Position numbers and translations under genes: made by a program. From Cycas panzhihuaensis (Eukaryota > Plantae > Cycadophyta): DNA of 64,000 bases. The notes beneath the pieces are model-generated. The model made no database searches, was not told where the DNA came from, and saw nothing but the letters and a program-made list of their open reading frames with translations. The stretch is from NCBI GenBank assembly GCA_023213395.1, contig CM041465.1:106957741-107021740 (forward strand), in the 5' to 3' direction. Of this stretch, positions 14,101 to 23,632 are shown one piece after another (positions within the stretch are counted from its first letter, which is position 1; each line of letters starts with the position of its first letter).

Positions 14101-15135
14101 CGGGGTGCGTCAAGTTCGTCCATGATGGACAGATGAGAGTTGTCTCCCGTGAGCATCCACCGTTAAACAAACTCACCGTTAATCGTGCAAGCCAAGGCCC
14201 TTCTACGCCACGCCTCGACTTGCTCCATCAAGATACCTGATCCATCTCACATCGAAGAAGATCTCACATCCTCTTCTCATAGTCTTATGCGCTTTGCCCC
14301 TATTGGTGTTGGGAGCTATGGGTACCTCATCTCTTTTAGCAACAATGAGTCTTATGACGAGGATGAGGGCTTTCTTCACCCCATTTCTTTCCTCTACACT
14401 AGTAGGATGCACCTATCTCCTTCTAGATCCCCACCTAGAACCTCTTTCGTTCGTGAGACTAGTCATCCTTTTGTGACACATATCATTACACGTTTTGACC
14501 CACAGGTCCCTGGTTCTTCATCTTCACCACCCCCTGCAGGTGATGATTTTAAAGAACTACCTTTCGCTCTTTCCGAGGAGCCCCTTCTTGACTCTCCCTT
14601 AGAGTTTGTCGAGGACGTTGGACAACCTGATGACCACCACGGTCCCTGCTGTTCTACTTCCTCCAGCACTTCATCTATTCGAAGTAAGGTCATCCATGGG
14701 GTGGATTACTTCGAAGATGATGAAGCCTTGCTTGAGCACTTAGTGGGCTCCGTGCCCCACCTAGTTGAGATTCCCTCCCTGCGAGTTTCTCTTCGGGGTC
14801 TCATCGATGAGGAGTCGATCCACCAGGCTCGCCTCTTGGACCTCGAATCTTTGGGTGAGAGACGCTTAGCTACCTACCAGGCTAACCTAGCATCCAAAGC
14901 TCGCTCACAAAGGACCTACGATAAACATCTTCATTCCCGTCCTTTGTTTCCCGGGGACCATGTCCTCAAACTGGAATATCTTCACAACTGCTTGGCCAAA
15001 TTCAGGCCCAGATGGGTTGGCCCCTTTGTCATTATCGAGAGCCTCGGTAACGGCGCCTACAGGATTGCCACCCTGGAGGGTCTTGAATTTGAGAAAGCCG
15101 TTAACGGGAAATTCCTTAAGAAGTTTTACTCGTGA
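11135..15135 (+). pseudogene. gag - aspartic protease - integrase C-terminal (GPY/F) polyprotein, interrupted by stops and frameshifts
   Basis: In-frame ATG at 11135 (conserved in copy D); Pro/Gln/Gly-rich N-terminus; VPKFDGT capsid; WCSIHGECFHDDSCC knuckle; LLGRPWL protease; final ORF 14185-15135 ends EIPSLRV...KFRPRWVGPF...VNGKFLKKFYS. Confidence 0.85.
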
Positions 15136-15156
15136 CCTTGCCGTCACCTCGTCCAC

Positions 15157-15236
15157 GCTCTGAAATGAGCCTAAACTACCATGTTAAGTTTGTTCCCTTT
15201 CCTCCCAGCCACGGGTGGAAGGGTGGTTTGGGATGG
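15157..15236 (+). ncRNA. Candidate cis-acting structured RNA (short hairpin + CUAAACUA + long hairpin) in the retrotransposon 3' UTR
   Basis: Homologous to the 86-bp repeat unit at 53542-53877; substitutions between copies preserve pairing. Confidence 0.55.
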
Positions 15237-15689
15237 TCTCTTTTGTTTTCTTCTGGTTCCTCCCGTGGAACCCTTGTTCCCATTCTTCCTTGGGGCCTTG
15301 TCCTCCTATTTGGGCATCCCCCAGTTAGGACGATGCTCTAGAGTATCGTTACTCCCCCCTCTCGCTTAGTATTTCCTTTGTATATCCCACTATGCTCCCA
15401 TGTGGACATCCGTGTCGCTCTATTTCCTAACCCCACATATGCCTATCACCTCTACTAGTGGTCGTGTGTGCTCCAGTTAGGTATACGGCCTTGCATGAAA
15501 AGAAATATGTGTAACTTGAACAAATAATCATAACAAAATACAAACCATACATATTAATTATCAAACAAAATATACAAATCATCACATATCAAAATGGGGT
15601 ACCAATCACCTTGTCTATATATACATCAAAATCATGTGTCGATCATACATATGGGAAGCTTCTGTCCTTATAGGGGTACAATCATATGA

Positions 15690-17233
15690 CTCTATATATG
15701 GTCCCCTCGAGGCCCGCTTCCCTTGTCAAAATCAAGTACATGCATACTACTCTACTTGCTGCTCCCTCGGGCATCATCTCCTGGTCGGTGTGATTCCTCT
15801 CCTGGGGACTACATCTCTCTGAGACTCCTCCCTGGTCTCCCCGAGCTCCCTACCTCACTCCCCTTGCCTCATGGCCTCCTCGGGGTCATCACTATGGGTA
15901 TATGCATGTCTTGCTGTGTGCCGACCTCGACACCATGTCCTCGACCAATCGATCGTATCGCACCTGGACACGATCCCGCTCCATCTCTATGATGCGGGCC
16001 TCCCTCCATCCCTAAGTCTCTCCTATACCACTATCACCATGATAGGAAAAGGCTATGTCTCACTTGGTGCAGGTGCCTCGACTCAGCGACGCCTCCCCTC
16101 TAGCACTCCACCAGCTGCCAGTACCTCCTCCTGTACCTCCTCTACTATGGCCTCTCTCTCTCGCAACTCTCTGTCACCTCTCCAGATCTCCTCACGATCC
16201 AGAGTCAGGCCGCTGTCACTAGCCCCGCTACGCCTCTGACCCCTGATGGGCTTGCCTCTCTGCCGACAGTCCCAGATGGCCCTACTCCTCCACCTGATGT
16301 CCCTAACGGACCTACCTCTCCTGCAGGTCATGATGGGCCAACCCCATCACCTCCATCTCCACCCTCATCATCTCCTTGGGGCATCCCTACTCCTCCTGCC
16401 TCATCATTGTTGTCCCACCTCATTGCCCTGTATGGATCTGCTATATAGTCTATCATGGTGAGGAGGTCTAGCAATGTGGCCTCCACTAAGCGTCGGACAT
16501 GAGCCTGGTCCTCTGTCCCTCCTGCCTAGTCGCCATCTCAGGACCACTGGGCCCACTCTACAATAGGGTGTGGTCCCCCTACTGGTGCCACTGCCCCAAA
16601 GTGATCAAAAAACTAACACTGTAATAATGTGTTATATGACAATCCTCCCTGGCCTGCTGCTCTGATGGCGTCTAGCTGTGCGACGAGGTTCGCCACTATC
16701 AGAGTGGACCAGTCCATCCTCTCGTCAGCCTTGCATCGGCACACTACATCCATCCACCCTCCTGGGATGTCCTTATAGTTTTGTTTCTAGGAAACCCGGA
16801 ACAGAATGCATAAAGTAATCAATTTCCTCACTCGAGAAATCCCTGACATGACCATAGCCTGGAGAGGAACGCCTCGCCTCTCCCATCTATCTAATCCTGT
16901 AAAGAATGTCGCTGCCTCCCTGTGTGCTACCTCATTGCTAGGCAGCACTCCCAGTGCTACCAGCCTCCCAGTTGCTGGTACTCCCAGTATCCATCTAATG
17001 TCCCCAGGTGTCACTGTTACGTCTCCCACCTGGGGTAGGTGGAAAACGTGCCTACTCTGATTCTAGTGTGATACGATGTCTATCAGCAGCCTTTGGTCTG
17101 ACATGTACTAAGGTGTCCTCACCACCTTCAATAACCTGCATCTCCATAGGACTCCCTTGTCCTCCCAGCTCATCATCTCGATGAAGCTCAACATGGCCAT
17201 GCCTATGTTCTTGCAGGTTTCCACCATGATCAT
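15690..17233 (-). pseudogene. Antisense plant mobile domain (PMD, aminotransferase-like) ORF with Glu/Arg-rich C-terminus
   Basis: From ATG 17233: ...DQRLLIDIVSH*NQSRHVFHLPQVGDVTVTPGDIRWILGVPATG... matches the PMD pattern LVERWxxETHTFHLPxGExTITLxDVxxILGLPxxG; later DWSTLIVANLVAQL. Contains stops; 3' end approximate. Confidence 0.8.
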
Positions 17234-18399
17234 AGCCTGCAAACACTATGAAACTAGTAAGATCTTAGCCTACATTAGCTCTTTGTCCCTTCAACCATCC
17301 ATCAGCTCCACCTGATCGAGATTTGGGGCCTCCCAGGCCCCTATCTTCCTTTTTCTCAGCTCGCCAGACCGCACCAAACTTCACGGTACCATGAAGTTTG
17401 GCACAGTCCCGGTGATCGGGGCCCCCGCAGAAAGATCGCAAGACCGCGATCTTTGTTGCGGCGAACAACACCAACCCAAAATGGGGTTTTCCTACCCAAA
17501 AAATAAAAATCTTCTTGGTGGGCCTCATGGTCCACCGAGACCATGGTCGCCTAATGCCCGATCTTGCCTCTTTCTAGGTCCAATTCAACTCGGAGGCCTT
17601 TTCTCACTCATATGGGTCCCAAAACCTACGTAAAATAACAAAAAGCAATAAAATTGAAACCACAAGATGGGCTGAGTTTTGTGGGGTCCACTCACTGGAT
17701 CTCGACATAACACTCGTTATCTCGTCTCGACGGCCCCAACCGCCCCTCTCGCTCGATCCAATGGTCCAATCTCCTCCGCGTGCCTCCAAAGTTAGGTAGT
17801 GCTCACTGTAAGGGAATGGGTCCGGATTCTCTTAAAGCCCGTGAAAATGAATCATTTTCCGTCAATTTCCTTATATAAAGTGGGACCCCAATGGGCACTG
17901 CCTCTATTTCTCCCTCGTGATGCCCTCCTGATCGCCTCTATCCCTGCATCACCTTTGCCTTCTGGCCTTGTCTCCTGTTGTGCTCCCATAGCCTTCGACT
18001 CGCTTCTTCTTGCGGATGCATTTATGGCACCCTTCCAATGCATTTTTCGTAGGGCCCTTTTGTCGCGTTTTGCGTGCCACTCCTATGCATGCTTGAGTTT
18101 ATACTCGTTTAGCTCGTTTCGCCATCCTGGACCCATTTTTGTAGCTCTTTTCTGCCCGTGGGGCCTCCAGAGGGAATGCTCCCCTCGTTCGGGGGCACTC
18201 TTTGCTTTCCCAAGCAACCTTTGTTTACCAACTTTGTCAAAAAATTTATAAGGTTGAATTTACAAAAAAAGGTTTTGTAAAAAAGGAATTATGGAGATCG
18301 TTATAGGGTTGTTATTTCTTCAGGTACTAATGATCATAACAATGGTTTATATAACCTATATGATATGAATGGACTAGTAGAAGGTAGGATGTTTAAGAA

Positions 18400-21206
18400 T
18401 ATGGTATGAGATTTGCTTTTTCTTCATACATTGCTTATTTTGATTCTTTTAATAAGTTATAACATTTTTTATTTGGTAATATCAACTATGGGTAATTAAA
18501 TATTTTGCAAAAGCATAATATAGTTATTTCATAATCTCTCCATAATATATTATGCCTTTGAGGAATGTATTATAAGAAACGTCACATAGATTCTTTATTT
18601 CCTGAGGTTATTTTTAAAGCCTAATATTCTCTTGAGTTGATACACTTTAATATTTGTGGACCATTTCAAGTAACTTCTATATTAAGAAGAAAATATCTAC
18701 TTACTTTCATTGATGATTTTTCATATAAATATTGGATTTATATTCTTAAACAAAAAAGTGATTTGTTTGATAGATTTCTTAAATTCAAACCCCTTTTCTA
18801 GAATCAATTTGGTTATAAAATCAATATGTTGAAGCCTTGGAAAGAAGAATGACATTCATTTTCGATATTCTATTATATATACCCTCAATAAAATGGTGTA
18901 GTATGGAAGAAAAACATAACTCTTGTTAAAATGGCATATTACATACTATATTTTAAGGGCTTAGAACTAAAATTATGGGTTGAAATCATCATTTGTACTA
19001 ATTATCTATTAAATCATCTACATGTTAGTATTGTTTTTAACATTACTCTTGAAGAAAAATAGTTGAGTAGGAAACCTATAGTGCCATATCTCTAGATCTT
19101 TTGTAGTGTTCTACAACCTTATATTTCTAATAAATGAAGGAAAATATTAGATTAAAAAAGTACAAGATATATCTTTATAAGTTGTAGTAAAGAGTATAAA
19201 ATGTATAAACACTTTGATCCTACTTCTAATAAAGTATTTATTAATCATTATGCTAAGGTTGATGAGAATGGTTTATACATTTATCCTTCTCATGAGTATG
19301 TTAGTGCTTCTTTGCTTCCTCTTATAAATAACATTACTCATATTCCATCTCATGGCATTACTTTTGGCTCAAGTATTTCTATCTCAAGTGGTCATGTTTC
19401 TTCTCCTTCTATCTCTCATATTTGTGGTGGTCATTAATATGATTTAGGCGATTCTCATAATGTAAATTTAGATGTTGAAACTTCAAATACTCAAAGACAA
19501 CCTAAATGGTTTCAAAAAACACTTACCATAATTAATTTTGATATGTATAATTCTTTCACTCCTAAAAGGACTTTTACTTAAATGCTTCAAGCTAATTATG
19601 CTCTTATGGACAAGGAAATAGAACTTGAAGACTCTGAATCTTTTGATGAAATTAAAGACAATCCCTTTTAGAATGCTACTATGGCTGAGTAGTATGATGC
19701 TTTGATAAAAAAATTATATAAGAGGCAATGCTTTTCCCCTTTATAAGAACCTAGTTACAAATGGGTCTATTAAACAAAATTTTATTTTGATTATGATATT
19801 AAGAAATATAAAGGTAGATTGGTAACTAGAGGTTTCTTAGAAATCGATAAAGTTAATTATATTGAGACTTTTCCTATGATTACTAAAATAAATATTATCA
19901 AGTTTTTTATTTCTTTGGATATTAAATTTATATTGTAATTTCATCAAATGTATGTCAAAAAATCTTTTCTTAAATTATGATCTTAAAGAGCAAAGTTGCA
20001 TGGTCTAACCTCCTAATTATGAATTTAGTTATGATCTAGTTTGTAAATCCAAGAAGTCTTTGTATTGTTTGAAACAAGCATTTAAGGCTAAATATTAAAA
20101 AAAAAAAATTAATAAGTATCATTATCTTATTAATCATGGATTTTCTAGATGTGTGAGTGATTCCAATCTCTATTTTTGATGTCAAGGTAATAAGATTACA
20201 CTTCTAGTTCTTTATGTAGATGATATGGTCATCATTAGTTATAATACTACTTCTATTTATATATCAAGAATGACATGAAGAATAATTTTGAGATGATTGA
20301 TTTTGGCTTACTTTGTTATTTTCTTAAATTTCAAGTGCTTCAAATAAATAGTAGTCTTTCAATTTCACAACCTAACTACATTATAGATTTACTTAAGAAA
20401 TTTAAAATGGATGCTTGCAAGCCTACCCTTACTCATTTTTAAGTGGAGTAAAACTCAACATCATTTATGATTCTCCCCTAATTAAGGTTATTTTATATTA
20501 GTATTTACTTAATAATTTGATATATTAGACATACTCGAGTTAACATCTCATATGTAATTGGTGTTTATTCTCGATTTATGTGGGACCCTTATGAATCTTA
20601 TTGTAATGATGTTAAGAAAATTCTACAATATCTTTAAGGTATTATCCATCACGATCTTTAATATGAATAATTTGATGGTGATTTTGAGTTGATTAGCTAT
20701 TCAGATTTTAATTAGACAAGTGATTGGTGGAAGAAAGTCAACAACGAGTTATATTTTTCATCTTGGTTCTGGTCCTATCATATAGTTCAAATGTGAAGAT
20801 ATAATATCTTACTCTTTCTATTATTGAGGCTAAATATCATACATTAGTTAAGTTAATCAAAGAAACTTTGTGGATCAAACCTTTACTTGATGAAATTGGT
20901 TTTTTCTTGAAAATGTTTATCATATTACATATTGATAATTAAAGAGTTATTTATGTTATCGAGAATCATGCACATTACTCAAAGATTAAGTATATTGAAC
21001 TATACATATTTTTATATATGACCTGATTAGTAATGGAACTATTTAGTTGGAAATTTATCCTTTGGAATAGATGTCTTCACCAAACCACTTGCCAATGACA
21101 AGTTTAGCAAGCTTTAACAAATCCTTAAAATAACTAAAATCATCAAGTAGGGGTTGAAATAATGATGCTTTTTTATACCCCTCTTAAAGTCAATATTAAG
21201 GGAGGA
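18400..21206 (+). mobile_element. Heavily decayed Ty1/copia pol (integrase-RT-RNase H) with PPT; 3' LTR starts at 21207
   Basis: LELIHFNICGP (~18630), LTFIDDFS (~18700), PQ*NGV (~18885), KYKGRLVTRGF (~19805), LYVDDM (~20210), DVFTKPL (~21070), then taagggagga + TGTTA. Confidence 0.9.
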
Positions 21207-21907
21207 TGTTAAAAGATATTGTCAAATATCTAATATTTACTTGTATCATGCATAATTTAGTGGTTAAAATATTGGTGATTGCCATATTTAAAATGCACAT
21301 CATGGTGTAATAACATAATTAGACATTTATTTGAAATAATAATGGAGTATTTATTTGTGGATTTTCCTTAAAAGGGCAATTTGCTAGCTTATTTTTAGCA
21401 TTATTATTATCTTTAGCATATAAACTAATTTCATTATTCCATTACATGATACACTTGTTCTTTATTTCAATGAATAGTTTTTGCTTTTCTTTTTTCTTTG
21501 CCACTAAAGCATTATCTTTCCTTTTATTATTAAAAACAAAGTTATAATGATATTATTATTGATGTGTGAATACAAACAAAAGAATGGAATTGCCATAACA
21601 CATTATTATACATCATAATATCTTTTTTCAACATACTAATAAAATATATATTATATTATATTTCCAAATTCATAACTTTCAATTTAATTGTCATGAACAA
21701 CATAATATCTAGTGAAATTTTATTAAAATAAATGTAAACTAGAATAAACTTCCTTTTTACCAATTTAGATGGAGAAAAATCACATGCATTTGCTTTATAA
21801 AACCTACATAAATATATTTCCAATCTCAAGATTATGTTGATATGATTCTTTCCATCTCATAAGTATATATACGCATTTATTGGTATTGTAGGAAGAAAAT
21901 TATGTAA

Positions 21908-22062
21908 TTGTCTAGATTACTAATGCTTCTATATGCTTTGATTTTTCTTCTTGTCTAGAAGCTTTATGCTTGTCTAGATTACTAATGCTTCTAGATGCTT
22001 TGATTTTTCTTCTTGTCTAGAAGCTTTATGCTTGTCTAGATGCTTTGATTTTTCTTCTTGTC
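21908..22062. repeat. 62-bp tandem repeat, about 2.5 copies, rich in TCTAGA
   Basis: Near-identical units start at 21908 and 21970, followed by a shortened third unit. Confidence 0.85.
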
Positions 22063-22118
22063 ATCGTCGTAAACATTACTCTCAACTTGTACTATATGTC
22101 TTATCTTCTCATTTATCC

Positions 22119-23599
22119 TTGACTAGTGAGGAAATAATTAAGGTATGTCATATTGGAAATGTAATAGTTTGCTATATCATACTTTAACTTTTATTCACAA
22201 CCCTATAAATCACAATTGTATTGACCAAGAGTGGTGGAATATATGATACATTATCATTATCTTATGTAAGTTGTTACTTCTCATTCATTATATGATGTGT
22301 TTGTTTTTTATTTTAATGGGTAGTTTTCTTTTGTTTTTCTTTGCCACTACTGAATTCTCTTACTTTTTATTACTCAAAGTAGAGTAATTGGATGTGTGAG
22401 TACAAGCAAAATAAAGAAATCATCAATCCACATTATTGCACATTACAATATTTATATTTAATATATTAATATAAAAAAATATTATGTTATAGAAACAAAT
22501 TTATAGCCTTCATCACCATGAATAACATAATATTGAACAAAATTTGCTTTAGAGAAATATAAATTCCCTTTTTATTAGTTTGTATAAAAAAAAATATTAT
22601 GCGTCTGTTTCTATAAGTATTTAGTTGCATATTTTCTTCAATATCTTGACTATATGAAGTCACCTCTTAGATTTGAATGTTGCACTAGAATCTTCGCTCA
22701 CGTACCATATTTTCTTACATGTTCTTGACCAAAAGAGGAAAAATTGAACCATGGCGTGTTTGAAATGCAATATCTTATCACTAAAAATAATTTAGCGATG
22801 TTGTATTTGAAATGCAAGAGTTTTCTATCTTATTGTTTTACTTTTCACCATAGTCTAAGTCATACGCGTGTTTTGCTAATTTCTTATTTTTCTGGACCTA
22901 AGAGTAGGAAAACAAACACCACGTTATTGTCATCTTTAGCCTATAAGAGCCCCTTTTGGGGTTCCATTCTATGATACAATTGATCTTGTATTATCTTTAC
23001 TGAAAGCTTTGGGAACTAAAGATCAATAGCTATAGCTATTGGTGAGTATGTCTCAGAGATGAATGTACTAATTTTGTTTTAATTTTTTTTTTCTAAATTT
23101 TTTCCCTTTACATGAAGTGTTTTCATTATTTTCAATGAAGATTGTTTAAAAGCAATATTATGTCTTATTTTCTCATCTGTTCTTGAATAAGAAGAAAACA
23201 ATTAAGCTACCATGTATCATAAATGTGATAGTTTGCTCTCATCTTTTAATTTTAATTCCCAACCTAAATTTTACTAATATCTTGTGTTCTTTTATAATAA
23301 ATATAGAATAGAAAAATAGATGTATGAATGGTCTCTTTGTTCTACAAATTTCTCTTCTCGTTCCTAGTACATAATGGAATTATTGTTCTATATGAGAGTT
23401 TGGAAGACATAGAATCACCAGGAACAATTATTGGTGAATGCGTTTAATGATGAAAAACTAGTTGCTTTTGTGTATCCAATTTGTTGTTTTATTTGTTTAT
23501 TTTAATTATAAATTGATATATAAATATTTTAATTATTTTGAATAATTAATTTGACTTATGTTGATTTAATTTTAAGAATATTTGATAACTCTTCCACAG
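22119..23599 (+). promoter_or_regulatory. Putative RLP promoter: W-boxes, TATA and 5' UTR intron
   Basis: TTGACY at 22119, 22221, 22646, 22725, 23551; TATAA at 22942; donor G|GTGAGT at 23042; acceptor TTCCACAG| at 23599. Confidence 0.45.
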
Positions 23600-23632
23600 G
23601 TGGAAGTGCGAGAGAAACAACAAAATAAGTCG

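Larger units (their letters stand above)
9905..18200 (+). mobile_element. Tat/Ogre-like family copy B: non-autonomous LTR element (partial 5' LTR, PBS, gag-PR-INT tail, antisense PMD gene)
   Basis: 9905-10874 resembles the LTR 3' half at ~61300-62091; PBS at 10876; coding region 11135-15135; long 3' region; candidate PPT cgggggcac at ~18190. No 3' LTR seen. Confidence 0.85.

Noticed and set aside
15133-15236. UGA plus hairpin as a selenocysteine or readthrough signal
   Set aside because: No SECIS core is evident, and the structure is retained in copy C, which lacks this stop codon and the integrase tail.
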